Virus record (IMG/VR): IMGVR_UViG_3300047557_002951
Span: 95,557 to 159,556 of that record
Direction: 5' to 3' (one strand)
DNA: 64,000 nt
DNA from: a virus
Position 1 is the first letter of the stretch, and each line of letters starts with the position of its first letter. The translations under genes were made by a program, and so were the position numbers. Below the pieces are notes generated by a model that was given only the letters and a program-made list of their open reading frames with translations, was not told the origin of the DNA and searched no databases. Positions 35,608 through 46,469 of the stretch are shown piece after piece.

Positions 35608-36285
35608 TTATTCATCATCATATCTGGTATGACGATGCAAATGTCTTGGTTCAATCGGTGAAAGTCTTTTTTTACCTTTTGCTTGTTGTTTGGGGGATGG
35701 ATTTCTTCCTACTTTCGCAAATTGATCCCCTTCAGAATCTTTTGTTCCGAATCCACCTCGTTTTGAATACAATCTTTCTCTACGATTTCTATGTTCATTT
35801 CCCAAATCGTCTGACCCAGAACTCAAAGGACTATTATGTGCTACTGTATTATGAGGTAAACGATGAGATACATGTTTATTCCAAACTCTTTCTGCATCTC
35901 TTGCAATTTTAATTTTTTCTCCTTTTGTTTCTGGAGTTTTATTATGTCCCCATTCTATTGTATTCATATTATTTGCTGGAGATTCTGGAGTTTTATACAC
36001 TCTATATGTAATTCCAGATGGTTTATGATGGACATCAATTCCATCAGAATGTGAGTTTACCTTTACTTCCTTTTTATCTTTATGGCTTACATGTGGATTT
36101 GGCTTTGGATTATCAGCACCGTGTCTAACTTTAGTTTGAGTTAAATCTCGTTGCCTTTCTTGTCGTTGTTTATCTTTAAATTTTTTATTACTTGCTTTTT
36201 GCATGGGGGTTTTACCAGAAGGAAGATTCTCATCTGGTGCATAATATTTCTCCACAACATACATGAATTCTTTAAAAGTTTTCAT
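35608..36285 (-). CDS. basic late protein with capsid-targeting-like N-terminus
   Basis: MKTFKEFMYVVE; CTAAATA upstream; K/R/H-rich. Confidence 0.65.
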   Translation of the reverse strand: MKTFKEFMYVVEKYYAPDENLPSGKTPMQKASNKKFKDKQRQERQRDLTQTKVRHGADNPKPNPHVSHKDKKEVKVNSHSDGIDVHHKPSGITYRVYKTPESPANNMNTIEWGHNKTPETKGEKIKIARDAERVWNKHVSHRLPHNTVAHNSPLSSGSDDLGNEHRNRRERLYSKRGGFGTKDSEGDQFAKVGRNPSPKQQAKGKKRLSPIEPRHLHRHTRYDDE

Positions 36286-36359
36286 TTACCTGAAAATTGC
36301 CTTCAAATATTTAGTAAACCACTCAAACCACATAAGAATTGGATCGCCAAGACTCCCAC

Positions 36360-36755
36360 TTAAGGGCACCCATCAACCCAAGGAGCACAGATTCGGATTT
36401 CTCCTCCCAGTGCTCGACACTCATCAGTATAGCACACAGAGGTGTCTACTGGTTTTTCTGAGCGCCTTGGTTCTAGTATTGTAACAGATCCATCGTCACC
36501 TGTCAAGCGTTCATAGTCTCGGATTGCCTTGTCTACAGTCCGCTCCACATCTCGCTCAACGATACCAGGATCTTTCTGTAATTCAGGTATGAGTGGTGAA
36601 TTAGGTTGATAAGTCTGTAAATATTCGTAAACAATATCCCAGATTGTTTTTTCTTCTATCTTTAAGCAAGATGAAAGAGATGCAACAATAAGACTCAAAA
36701 TCACAAGAGTCTTAAGAGATGCTTTCTTCTTACCGAAGTGGAAGTTGAATTTCAT
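36360..36755 (-). CDS. putative lipoprotein
   Basis: Basic N-terminus, hydrophobic core, LSSC lipobox. Confidence 0.6.
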   Translation of the reverse strand: MKFNFHFGKKKASLKTLVILSLIVASLSSCLKIEEKTIWDIVYEYLQTYQPNSPLIPELQKDPGIVERDVERTVDKAIRDYERLTGDDGSVTILEPRRSEKPVDTSVCYTDECRALGGEIRICAPWVDGCP

Positions 36756-37123
36756 TCAAGAGGAATTCCAGTCAGTGCACCTAGTATAGTATTACCCACA
36801 AATCTACCTGCTTTTTTCTTGAGATTTTGTACAGTTTTCGATTTATTTACTGCCTTCGCTACTCGCTTTGTGCCTCTTGCAGTTGTTCTCAATGCTTTTG
36901 TTGCAAGTTCAGTCTTCCATCCCTCACTCATATTTGCCATAATAGCCACAGCACCTTCTGGAGTATTGGCATAACCTTCATCTAGAAGATGAGTGAGAAT
37001 AAGATCGTAAATGTCTAGATCTTCTGTGAATTCACTGACCCAAAAATCAACTTCATCCTGAATATTACCACCATAAACCCCAACATAAGCCTCCTGAAGA
37101 CCACGAAATCCCTGCAAATCCAT
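36752..37123 (-). CDS. late protein with repeated cyanophage acidic domain
   Basis: DLILTHLLDEGYANTPEGAVAIMANMSEGW; TATAAATA upstream. Confidence 0.7.
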   Translation of the reverse strand: MDLQGFRGLQEAYVGVYGGNIQDEVDFWVSEFTEDLDIYDLILTHLLDEGYANTPEGAVAIMANMSEGWKTELATKALRTTARGTKRVAKAVNKSKTVQNLKKKAGRFVGNTILGALTGIPLE

Positions 37124-37182
37124 AAGAATACAATCGTTTGAAAATATTTATAAAAAAAGAGAGGCATCGCCTCCCTTATTTA

Positions 37183-37545
37183 TTATACCCTACTATAACA
37201 AACTCTCGCTACGCCTTGACTTGGTGAAGCAATAGAAGAGAATGCACCATAAGAAAGATCGAGGTCTCGACCGCCCACATAAGGCCCACGATCATTTACA
37301 CGCACAATTACTGATCTTCCATTCGATTGATTTATAACTCTTAATCTTGTGCCAAATGGAAGCCAACGATGTGCAACTGATTTTCCATAAGCATTATATC
37401 GTTCGCCATTTGCTGCAATTTGTCCATGGTAGGAATCCCCCACACCATAATGAGAAGCGAGAGTGCAGCCGCTCGCTGCCTTTGCTTGCAGAGGTGCCAA
37501 TCCCGCAGTAGCAACGGCTAGAAAAGAAAGTGTTTTAAAAAGCAT
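37183..37545 (-). CDS. rlpA: RlpA-like lytic transglycosylase (DPBB)
   Basis: ASHYG, ANGERY, AHRWLPFGT, VRVNDRGPY, DLS; signal peptide. Confidence 0.9.
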   Translation of the reverse strand: MLFKTLSFLAVATAGLAPLQAKAASGCTLASHYGVGDSYHGQIAANGERYNAYGKSVAHRWLPFGTRLRVINQSNGRSVIVRVNDRGPYVGGRDLDLSYGAFSSIASPSQGVARVCYSRV

Positions 37546-37917
37546 TAAAATTCGGTAACTCTACATCCGTATAGGTAAAGGAGAAGTTCCCCTTCTCAGG
37601 GGCAGTACCCACGGCTCTAATTCAAATCAAAGACTCATCATAAAAACCCTGCTCATAACAGGGATTTAACATTATAAGTGAATATTTAGGATTTGTCAAT
37701 CTAGTGTCATGACTTCAATATTTTCATCAAGACCATGACCAAGCCACTCAGAAAACTCCTCCTCTAAGGCAATTGCGTTTTCTATTTGATTTTTCCTGGT
37801 CAATTTTGCAAAACGATCAATACTCCAATCTCGAATATCAAAAACCAATTCTTCTGTTGTCATGGCCATAAGACTTTAGTGCCCATACATAATAAGTCAT
37901 AAAATCAAAATTGTCAA

Positions 37918-38337
37918 GTGTGGAATATAAAAGGAAAAGTTATTGATGAAGTGCCAGATGGCATGGAAGGATTTGTATATCTTATCACTAATCTGGAGAA
38001 TGGAAAAAAGTATATCGGAAAGAAAACTTTCTGGGAAAGAAGAAAAGATAGAAAAACAGGAAGACGAAAGAAAAAAGAAAGTAACTGGAGAGATTACTTT
38101 GGTTCTTGTGATGAATTGATAGAAGATGTAAAGTTATTAGGAAAAGATAAATTCCTTCGTGAAATATTATATCTTTGTCCACATAAAAAATCCATGAGTT
38201 TCTATGAAACCATGGAACAATTTAAACGAGATGTAATTTTAAGAGAAGATTATTATAATACAAATGTTGAAGGAAAGTTTTTTTCCAGTGAGTCAGAAAG
38301 AATTTATGGTATCGTAATTAAATCTGAAGAATTCTGA
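37918..38337 (+). CDS. GIY-YIG endonuclease (endonuclease II/Seg-like)
   Basis: GFVYLITN...KKYIGKK, YFGS, YYN. Confidence 0.85.
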   Translation: MWNIKGKVIDEVPDGMEGFVYLITNLENGKKYIGKKTFWERRKDRKTGRRKKKESNWRDYFGSCDELIEDVKLLGKDKFLREILYLCPHKKSMSFYETMEQFKRDVILREDYYNTNVEGKFFSSESERIYGIVIKSEEF

Positions 38338-38386
38338 AGAATAAAAAAGGGAGCCGAAGCTCCCTTTTCTTTATGTGAGATTTGAA

Positions 38387-39586
38387 TCAGCCTTCAAGAT
38401 ACATCTCAGTCAGTTCCACGATAGAACTTTCTGATAGATTTTCTAGAATCTCAAATGCATCCTCATAAGTATCTGCATAACCTTCATTGATGAAATCTTC
38501 TAGGATGTATTGTGCTAGGAGTTCGAAGTCTTCTTTCTGTACAGTTGGCTCAGAATATCCAGCTCTCTTCAGATTTAGAGTACGCTGGGTACCTCCTTTC
38601 TTTGGCTTTTTCTTAGCACCAAATCTTCTTTGTCCACCGGAAGGAACTTTTACTTCGGCTCCAACTTCTTTGCCTTTTGGTGCTTGGGTAAACAGAGTAG
38701 TTTGTCCGGATGGTTCAGTTGGATATCTTCTTGGTGAAGATGGTGGAGTTGAGGTAGTATCAGCAGCAGATCTAGCGGCAGCAGCTCTACCAGCTTTTCT
38801 TTCTTCATATTCGCCTCTGGTCATACGAGATGGCTTAGACTTCATAGCTCCAGCTATTGCCTTACCAGCACCTTTTAATATACGACCAAGTGCTCTGCGC
38901 TTTGCGCCACCAGAAATAGATTTTGTAGTTACAGTAGATGGTGCTACACCGCGACCACCACCAGAGGTAGATGTTGTAGTTATTGTAGTTCTTTCTGCCT
39001 CTTTTCCTGCTCTTTCAGCTGATCTACCCGACTTAATAGCAGCAGCAGCACCTTTACGCGCAAGACCCTTAAGTGCGGCCATGGCTTTACCAGGAAGACC
39101 TTTAGCACGCTCATATGCGCCAGCAGCAGCTTGTTTACCATCTCTCATTGCACCCATAGCAGCAGATCCTACATTAGAAGCTGCTTTTCCTACGGTTTCT
39201 TTAGCTTTTTTAAGACCACGAACAACAGCAGCCTTTCTAGCTTCTCTTCTTTGAGTTGCTTTCTGTCCAGCAACTTGCTTTAGTGTTTCTTGTCTTTGTG
39301 CGCCTACTCTTGCGGCTCTTTCAGCTTTCTGTCGTGGAGTCATTCTAGCTTCAGTTAATACTTCTTCTAGAATCACATCATCAGAAAATACACCTTGAAT
39401 AAGACCATAAGATTCATCAAGATTATTACCATAATCCATAAATTCCCAAAGAAGAGATTCCATGACTTCTTCAATCTCTTCTTGCATGAGATAATCTACG
39501 AATCTTAAATTCTCATAGAATGTCTCATCAGCTTTTCTTGGGTTATATAGCTCACCGTAAGCTTCTGTTAAGTAATATTTTGACAT
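38387..39586 (-). CDS. late protein: acidic termini, long K/A/R/G-rich core
   Basis: C-terminal EGYADTYEDAFEILENLSE domain; TATAAATA upstream; terminator downstream. Confidence 0.75.
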   Translation of the reverse strand: MSKYYLTEAYGELYNPRKADETFYENLRFVDYLMQEEIEEVMESLLWEFMDYGNNLDESYGLIQGVFSDDVILEEVLTEARMTPRQKAERAARVGAQRQETLKQVAGQKATQRREARKAAVVRGLKKAKETVGKAASNVGSAAMGAMRDGKQAAAGAYERAKGLPGKAMAALKGLARKGAAAAIKSGRSAERAGKEAERTTITTTSTSGGGRGVAPSTVTTKSISGGAKRRALGRILKGAGKAIAGAMKSKPSRMTRGEYEERKAGRAAAARSAADTTSTPPSSPRRYPTEPSGQTTLFTQAPKGKEVGAEVKVPSGGQRRFGAKKKPKKGGTQRTLNLKRAGYSEPTVQKEDFELLAQYILEDFINEGYADTYEDAFEILENLSESSIVELTEMYLEG

Positions 39587-39653
39587 TGTTATACAAAAAA
39601 AATTCTTGTTTACCTTGATTTATTTATAAAAAAAGAGCCTTGCGGCTCTATGA

Positions 39654-40796
39654 TCAAAGTTTAAAATCTGCGAATGCATTCGTGTCCATGTCCTGATTCA
39701 GTGCACCAACTAAGTAACTGATTTTTTCAGTTTCTTGTGGAGCTTCTTGGACTTCCTTACTATTCAACCAGTGTTCGGTCCAAGGAAGTGGATTATTCTT
39801 CATTGGGATGTCAAATAATGGCTTGAGTCCAATTGCCTTCATCCTGCGATTTGCAATCCACTCAACATAATTATAAAGAAGCTTATCATTTAGTCCAATC
39901 ATAGAACCATCTTTAAACAGATATTGAGCCCAATGCTTCTCTTCGTTAACAGCAGTTTCGAACATTTTATAGACATACTGTTCTTCATCTTTGATGATTT
40001 GCAGCATTTCCGGATCATCCCCTTTGCTCCATTTGTTGAGTATCTTTTGTGTGAGGTTTAGATGCTGACTCTCATCACGAGAAATTAGTGAGATAATCTT
40101 AGCTGAACCCTCCATAAGCTTCAGCTCACCAAAAGCAAATGAACAAGCAAAGCTAACATAGAAACGAATACCTTCAAGAACATTTACATTCGCAATTGCT
40201 CTATAGAGTTTTCTCTTAAGTTCGATTCTATCATTTTTTCCAACATCAACTCCTTCATTCGCAAACTTCCACATACTACCAGAATCGTACTGATGAGCAG
40301 AATTGATAAAGTCGTCATAAGCACCAGTGACTGAAGATGCCCTCTCAAGGATCATTTCATCTTTAATGATCGTGTCAAAAACTTCACTTGGATTCGCATA
40401 AACATTCTTAATAATATAAGTATATGAGCGGCTATGTACCATCTCCATAAACTCCCAGACTGTCATTGCCGCCTCAAGTTCAGGTAGAGAACAGTAGGGA
40501 ATGAAAGCCATCCCTGGCCCTCTACCTTGAACACTATCAAGAAGAATTTGATACTTTAAATTAGAAGTAAAGATATGCCTTTGTTCTGGGCGAAGTGTTA
40601 GATAATCTGCTTTATCTTTTTGAAGAGAAATTTCTTCTGGTCTCCAAAAGAAACTCAATTGCTGTTGGGTCAACTTCTCAAACTCTGGATACTTGTAAGT
40701 ATCATATCTTTGAACTCCAAGAGGACAACCAAAGAACATAGGTTGTTTGAGAGTATCAACTTCTTGTGTGTTAAAAACAGTCATTCCTTCTACCAT
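39654..40796 (-). CDS. nrdB: ribonucleotide reductase class Ia beta subunit
   Basis: FFWRPEE, LDSVQGRGP, EMVHSRSY, LEGIRFYVSF, RDESQH. Confidence 0.97.
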   Translation of the reverse strand: MVEGMTVFNTQEVDTLKQPMFFGCPLGVQRYDTYKYPEFEKLTQQQLSFFWRPEEISLQKDKADYLTLRPEQRHIFTSNLKYQILLDSVQGRGPGMAFIPYCSLPELEAAMTVWEFMEMVHSRSYTYIIKNVYANPSEVFDTIIKDEMILERASSVTGAYDDFINSAHQYDSGSMWKFANEGVDVGKNDRIELKRKLYRAIANVNVLEGIRFYVSFACSFAFGELKLMEGSAKIISLISRDESQHLNLTQKILNKWSKGDDPEMLQIIKDEEQYVYKMFETAVNEEKHWAQYLFKDGSMIGLNDKLLYNYVEWIANRRMKAIGLKPLFDIPMKNNPLPWTEHWLNSKEVQEAPQETEKISYLVGALNQDMDTNAFADFKL

Positions 40797-40806
40797 TTGT
40801 CTCTCC

Positions 40807-43095
40807 TTAGATTGTGCAGCTATCACAAGATTCTTCATCACTATTCATAATTTCATCTATTAGTCCTTGAATGTCATCTTTAGAATCATCCTTTCTACCA
40901 TCGTAAGTATTTTGATAATATGCTGTTTTATGGCCCAAACGGTAAGCAGAGAGGAAATCATTTACGATTACACTCATTGGAACTTCATTATTTGGATAAT
41001 GCTCTGGATTATAATTCCAGTTTACACTCATTGCTTGATCAAAAAATTTCTGCATCACAGCAACAATATTGAAATAACCCTCATTTGTTTTCATATCCCA
41101 GAGCAAGGTATAGTTATTTTTGAGTGTATTGTATTGTGGAACAATTTGTTTGATTGTACCTTTCTTAGACTGTTTAATTGACATATAACCACGAGGAGGC
41201 TCAATACCATTTGTGGCATTTGATGTGACAGAACTACTCTCGCTAGGCATGATTGCGGTAAGTGTAGTATTTCTCAAACCATACTCAAGGATATCTTTGC
41301 GAAGTCCTTCCCAATCGTGCTGGTATGGATCATTACAAACCGCATCAACTTCTTTCTTATAAGTATCGATTGGAAGAATTCCTTTTGCATACTTTGTCGA
41401 AGGAAAGTCAACACAAGCACCTTTTTCTTTCGCCAATTTATTAGAAGCTTTTAATAGATAATATTGAATACTTTCAGCCAGTCCATGAACTGCACTCCAT
41501 GCTTCTGGTTGTTCGTACTTGAATCCAAGTTTAGCCAAATAATGCGCGAGACCAATAACACCAATACCAAGTGTTCTACCTTCTTTAGCTGCAAGCTCTG
41601 CTGCTTTAACTGGATAAGACTGATAATCAATAAGCTCATCGAGAGTTCTTACACATAAATCACAAAGTTCTTCTAGTTCATCATCTGATTTAATTTTACC
41701 AACATTAAGTGCCTTCAAAATACAAAGTGCGATTCTACCTTCTTCATCATGAAGATCTTGAATTGGTTTTGTACGAAGTGTAATTTCACAACAAAGATTG
41801 CTCATTACAACCTGCTCAAGAAATGAACTGTGAGAATTACAATGATCAATATTCATGAGATAAATACGACCAGTTTCAGCTCGCTCTTTCAGTAAATCCA
41901 GAATAAGTTTTTGTGCTTTGACTGTTTTCTTTGGAACTTCTGCGTTATTTTCATATTGGACATAAAGTTCATCAAATTCAGGCATTCCAAACAAATCATA
42001 TAAACCGGGAACATCATGTGGAGAAAATAGAGTTATATCTTGATTTTTAATGAATCTTTCATAGAAAATTTTAGATAGTTGAATCCCATAGTCAAGCTTA
42101 CGAACTCTGTTTTCTTCTGTCCCCTTATTATTTTTGAGTACGATTACATCTTCAATTTCACTATGCCAAATTGGAAAATATACGGTAGCACTACCTTGTC
42201 GAATTCCACCTTGATGGCAAGATTTCAGAGAACCTTCAAACTTTTTAAGGAAAGGAACAACTCCAGTAGAAACAACCTCACCATTACGAATTTTACTACC
42301 GATTGCACGAAGTCTACCAACATTAAGACCAATACCAGCACGACCCGAAACATACTTCATCATTGCACCATCTGAAGCAATAATGCTATTCAATGTATCA
42401 TCAACATCAATTAAAGTGCAACTTGCAAACTGACGAAGTGGAGTTCTCACTCCAGCCATAATAGGTGTTGGGATATTAATCTTATGCTTTGATATCGCAT
42501 CATAATACTTTTTCACATAAGATAAGCGAGTTTCTTTTGGATACTTAGAGAACATTATCAATGAAATCATAATATAAGCAAATTGAGGAGTCTCATAAAG
42601 TTCACCAGAACTCCTATCCTGCACAAGATACTTATCGACTACCTGACGAAGCCCAGCATAAGTAAACAAAAAATCTCTATCGTGGTCAATGAAAGAGTTT
42701 GCCTTATCAATCTCCTCCTTTGAATAGAAATTATAAATCTCATGGTCATAAACATGATTCATGACACAAGAATTAATATGATCTTCTAGGTGTGGTAATT
42801 CAATCCTGCCACCATAGATTCTTTTACGAATAGAAAACAAAAGAAGTCTAGCTGCAACATACTGATAATTTGGAGCATCCAAAGAAATTAAATCCGAAGC
42901 AGACTTAATCAGAATTTCTTGAATCTCATTAGTTGTAATTCCATCATAAAATTGAAGACCAGAGGACATCTCCACCTGAGAAGCAGAAACACCAGAGAGG
43001 CCACTACAAGCCTCTTCAACCATCATGTGCATCTTATCAAGGTCTAGACCCTCAATGGTACCATTTCTTTTTTGAACTTTAATTCCGTTGCTCAT
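40807..43095 (-). CDS. nrdA: ribonucleotide reductase class Ia alpha subunit
   Basis: ATP cone, PTPIMAG, SNLCCEI, C-terminal CDSC. Confidence 0.97.
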   Translation of the reverse strand: MSNGIKVQKRNGTIEGLDLDKMHMMVEEACSGLSGVSASQVEMSSGLQFYDGITTNEIQEILIKSASDLISLDAPNYQYVAARLLLFSIRKRIYGGRIELPHLEDHINSCVMNHVYDHEIYNFYSKEEIDKANSFIDHDRDFLFTYAGLRQVVDKYLVQDRSSGELYETPQFAYIMISLIMFSKYPKETRLSYVKKYYDAISKHKINIPTPIMAGVRTPLRQFASCTLIDVDDTLNSIIASDGAMMKYVSGRAGIGLNVGRLRAIGSKIRNGEVVSTGVVPFLKKFEGSLKSCHQGGIRQGSATVYFPIWHSEIEDVIVLKNNKGTEENRVRKLDYGIQLSKIFYERFIKNQDITLFSPHDVPGLYDLFGMPEFDELYVQYENNAEVPKKTVKAQKLILDLLKERAETGRIYLMNIDHCNSHSSFLEQVVMSNLCCEITLRTKPIQDLHDEEGRIALCILKALNVGKIKSDDELEELCDLCVRTLDELIDYQSYPVKAAELAAKEGRTLGIGVIGLAHYLAKLGFKYEQPEAWSAVHGLAESIQYYLLKASNKLAKEKGACVDFPSTKYAKGILPIDTYKKEVDAVCNDPYQHDWEGLRKDILEYGLRNTTLTAIMPSESSSVTSNATNGIEPPRGYMSIKQSKKGTIKQIVPQYNTLKNNYTLLWDMKTNEGYFNIVAVMQKFFDQAMSVNWNYNPEHYPNNEVPMSVIVNDFLSAYRLGHKTAYYQNTYDGRKDDSKDDIQGLIDEIMNSDEESCDSCTI

Positions 43096-44066
43096 ACCTT
43101 TTTCCATTCGTTAAACTTGAGTTTTGCTTCTAATCCAGAATAAGTGTTTAATTTTACAAGAGATTGGACATCATGTCCAGATAAGTACATTTCATTCACA
43201 TCTTTTTCATTAATTGTCGTCGGCCATATGATGAGTTTATTCCCAGCATCAATTCGAGAAATCATTCTAGCGTGAATCTCTCGATTTCGCGGTTCGTTGT
43301 CATAAACATAGACTGGGTGAGAAATATTTAGATTTGTTAAATTTAGATCGGAACCGCACATTGCAACTGAATTTTTGATGAATGTGGAGTCAAATGGACC
43401 TTCCAAAATATAGACAGGAAAACTAACATCCACATCATCATATCCATAAATTTTTGGAGCATCTTCATCCAACATAATTGTAATATATTTAATTGGATTT
43501 GGGTGAATTGCCCTTCCTTGAAATCCAATCAATTCTTTTTGATAATAAAGAGGAATGATGATTCTTGGCTCATCATACTTTAATGCCTTCTGATCGAAAG
43601 TCTTAACTAATGTGTTAGTCCATTCTTTAAATTTTTCGGTATAATAAAATTTATCTGGATTTAATTTTCGGTTTTCTAGATAATGTCTAGACAATAAATT
43701 TTCACTTGCCTTGGGTAAATCTAGTCTTGATTTAAATTTTGGCTTTTTAAAGTCAAATTTTGGAGATTCCGCCGGAAAATTCTTTCCAGTAAATCCAGAA
43801 GAATACTTTTCAAGGCAATATTCTTGATGTAACACTGGATCAAATGTTTTCAAGAAATTATTAAATGAAGTGTTAATTCCACAATTGTGACACTTGTAAT
43901 TAGTATTATTTTTTACCTGATAAAAATATCCCCTTGCTCTAGATTTATTTTTTCTCGAATCCCCACAAATGGGACACCTACAGTTGTATAAATTTTGATT
44001 CTTTTTTGAAAACTTCTCCAATCTTGAAGACAGTAGATTAATGTACTTGTCATCAATTAAATCCAT
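43092..44066 (-). CDS. gp61: DNA primase (T4 gp61)
   Basis: CPICGDS/CHNC zinc domain; EGPFDS and YDNEPRN TOPRIM motifs. Confidence 0.95.
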   Translation of the reverse strand: MDLIDDKYINLLSSRLEKFSKKNQNLYNCRCPICGDSRKNKSRARGYFYQVKNNTNYKCHNCGINTSFNNFLKTFDPVLHQEYCLEKYSSGFTGKNFPAESPKFDFKKPKFKSRLDLPKASENLLSRHYLENRKLNPDKFYYTEKFKEWTNTLVKTFDQKALKYDEPRIIIPLYYQKELIGFQGRAIHPNPIKYITIMLDEDAPKIYGYDDVDVSFPVYILEGPFDSTFIKNSVAMCGSDLNLTNLNISHPVYVYDNEPRNREIHARMISRIDAGNKLIIWPTTINEKDVNEMYLSGHDVQSLVKLNTYSGLEAKLKFNEWKKV

Positions 44067-44120
44067 GCACTAAGATCCCATCGGAACTCAGTATAGCATA
44101 AGGATGACTTCAAGTCAAGC

Positions 44121-44531
44121 TCAGCGTGTTCTATTAATTTGGTGATGCTGTTGCATTTCAGATGGTGTCCACCAACCTGATGCTAATGAAGCTAGAGCAC
44201 CAGTCATGACAACAAGAAGAACTCCACAACCAACAGTCATCCATTTAATTTTATTGATCTCTTCTACTTTCAATTCTATCTTTTCTACTCTATCTATTAC
44301 ATTCTTATGATCTTTATCATTACTTTCTCTGAACCCATCAACCATCTTTACAATGAGATCATCAGAACGATTGCACTGTTCAATCTTTTCATCGTGCACT
44401 GCTAACATCTTAATCACATTCGAATTAACTTCACTGATTTTTTCAATCGCATCATCTAACTTTTTTACGATATTAGAAAAATCCAATAGCTTTTGCTCTA
44501 ATACCGCTATCTTTACTGCTTCGTCTGACAT
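44121..44531 (-). CDS. coiled-coil protein with C-terminal membrane anchor
   Basis: Likely start MSDEAVKIAVLE. Confidence 0.65.
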   Translation of the reverse strand: MSDEAVKIAVLEQKLLDFSNIVKKLDDAIEKISEVNSNVIKMLAVHDEKIEQCNRSDDLIVKMVDGFRESNDKDHKNVIDRVEKIELKVEEINKIKWMTVGCGVLLVVMTGALASLASGWWTPSEMQQHHQINRTR

Positions 44532-44591
44532 GGTAGTGAAGTAATTGTATACCACCAACAAATCAAGTATAATAATATTTATGATTCCGAA

Positions 44592-44825
44592 TCACAGCAG
44601 ACCCATTGACTTAAGCCATTTTTCGTATTTCTTACTATACTGTTTGGATCTTTTATCAACTAATCCACCTATTGTTCTGCGAAACATTCCTAATTCATTT
44701 TTTGGATCAAATCCAGCTGTAGGACCTTCTGATGAAGAACTTCCACTAAATCCACCACTTTGACCCGGCGCATTTGCAACCATATTTTCTCTAACAATCT
44801 GTATGACTCTATCCAATTTGCTCAT
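44592..44825 (-). CDS. hypothetical protein
   Basis: Coupled ORF; GPTAGFDP motif. Confidence 0.65.
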   Translation of the reverse strand: MSKLDRVIQIVRENMVANAPGQSGGFSGSSSSEGPTAGFDPKNELGMFRRTIGGLVDKRSKQYSKKYEKWLKSMGLL

Positions 44826-45198
44826 TTGAAATTTTCTCCAGTTCTCTAGCGCAGTATGGATCTATTGGTATGTCATGTATATATCCCCTCGGATACTCTG
44901 GCAACCGATTCAAAAATACTACAAAGGTTTTCATATAAGACCAAAGGTCGTTATCGATCTTAAAAAATAACATTGGTGTTGTCGCCTCACCAAAGATATT
45001 ATAAAGAATCACAAAATGATTAATTAACAGGTGCGTTTTTAACACACCTGTATTTTTATATCTTCTGAATAATCTCTTAATGTACTTAAAGTGATTGAGA
45101 TCTCGATCAAAATCTTCTTTAGTTACTGCCTGAGGATTCTCATAATTTTTTATCGCAAATAGAAGAAAATTTTCCTCATTCAGTTCAGTAAATAGCAT
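44809..45198 (-). CDS. conserved T4-like hypothetical protein
   Basis: LLFAIKNYENP...FKYIKRL...LINH. Confidence 0.75.
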   Translation of the reverse strand: MLFTELNEENFLLFAIKNYENPQAVTKEDFDRDLNHFKYIKRLFRRYKNTGVLKTHLLINHFVILYNIFGEATTPMLFFKIDNDLWSYMKTFVVFLNRLPEYPRGYIHDIPIDPYCARELEKISNEQIG

Positions 45199-45213
45199 GT
45201 AATTAAATGAATA

Positions 45214-45741
45214 TCAAACTAGAGGATTTGAATCATAGAGAGGAGCATTGCCAGTTTGAATGCCAGACATTGCAACTAATACTTCTGTTTTAACTCGATA
45301 ATTTCCACCAGCATCAACATAAGTTTTAATACCGACCCAACCGGCATGAGAAGGTGAATATACAGTACCTTGAGCTGCATTTATACCAGCAGTAGACACA
45401 CCAGCAATATATGGCTCATAATTAGTATGAGTTTGACTGAATTCGCTATCCAGAACAGTGTACTTTGGAAGTTGAGATACAGAGAAATCAGTATTTGCAA
45501 TTGCTGCACCACTAAGACCAGCAGTAGTGCCAATTGATAGCTGAGTTGTGCTTGCAATGCCAACAATCACAGCATCACCAAAATATGTGCCCCCAACAAC
45601 GCCAAATCGGATTACATCACCAACAGAAGCTGCACCAGCACCACCAAAGTTAGTTCCAGTAGCAGTTACAATACCTGTGGTATAGTTAAGCCAAACTTTA
45701 CCATTAGATGAAATATTGTCACTATTTCCCCAGAGTGCCAT
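45214..45741 (-). CDS. probable virion structural protein
   Basis: MALWG start, HAGWVG, KTEVLVAM; ATAAATA upstream. Confidence 0.65.
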   Translation of the reverse strand: MALWGNSDNISSNGKVWLNYTTGIVTATGTNFGGAGAASVGDVIRFGVVGGTYFGDAVIVGIASTTQLSIGTTAGLSGAAIANTDFSVSQLPKYTVLDSEFSQTHTNYEPYIAGVSTAGINAAQGTVYSPSHAGWVGIKTYVDAGGNYRVKTEVLVAMSGIQTGNAPLYDSNPLV

Positions 45742-46051
45742 TCTTGTGTACCTTTACTAAATTTTTTATCTAAGAGTATTTATTAAAAAAGAGATCTCAT
45801 GTGATTGAGATCTCTTTGTTTTTTTATAAAATTTTTATCAACAATTTTTAAGAAGTGCTGTTCTAACAGACCCTGCAATAAGATTGTCGATATCATTATC
45901 GGTGGTTTTTACATAACGCTCAAGTAGCTCTACTACGAGACGCTTTGTATGACAAGAATTCATTGCTGCAATAAGAAGTGGTTTTACGACCTCTACTAGT
46001 ACGCCCATGATGTCCTCCTTTGTAATTTTTTTGGATAATATCCAGAAATAT

Positions 46052-46468
46052 TTAGGAATTGATAGTGCTCCGACGATATAAATCCAAAAACTCTTTAAGT
46101 TTTAACGGAAGTTGTCTTGTTTTGGGTCTTGGTGATTTTACTCTCTTTTCTGGTTTTGATAATGTTGACTTTTTATGTGGTTTAACTTTTAAATCTTTTG
46201 GAGCTGGAAACCCAGGAATCCACTTTTGAACATACTCTTTATTTGGTTTTGGAGTTTTTACTTCAGCTTTTGGTTTTTCTGGTTCTGGGGCAATAGTAAC
46301 ATAAGATACTCCACCACCAGTTCTTTGTATTGGTGTTCTATCTCTTCGAGTACTAAATCTTGCTCTTTCTGCTGGAGTTAAGATGTCTTTACCTCTTGGT
46401 CTAGGTCTAGATCCAGAAATATTAGCTTCATCTAGTTTACAGAGAAATTCATTGAATGTAATTGACAT
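46052..46468 (-). CDS. basic late protein
   Basis: MSITFNEFL; K/P/R-rich. Confidence 0.6.
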   Translation of the reverse strand: MSITFNEFLCKLDEANISGSRPRPRGKDILTPAERARFSTRRDRTPIQRTGGGVSYVTIAPEPEKPKAEVKTPKPNKEYVQKWIPGFPAPKDLKVKPHKKSTLSKPEKRVKSPRPKTRQLPLKLKEFLDLYRRSTINS

Positions 46469-46469
46469 A

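Noticed and set aside
38487-39254. Long antisense ORFs (also 16328..16891, 17457..18116, 46462..46830, 52579..52986)
   Set aside because: Shadow frames of well-supported minus-strand genes with biased codon usage
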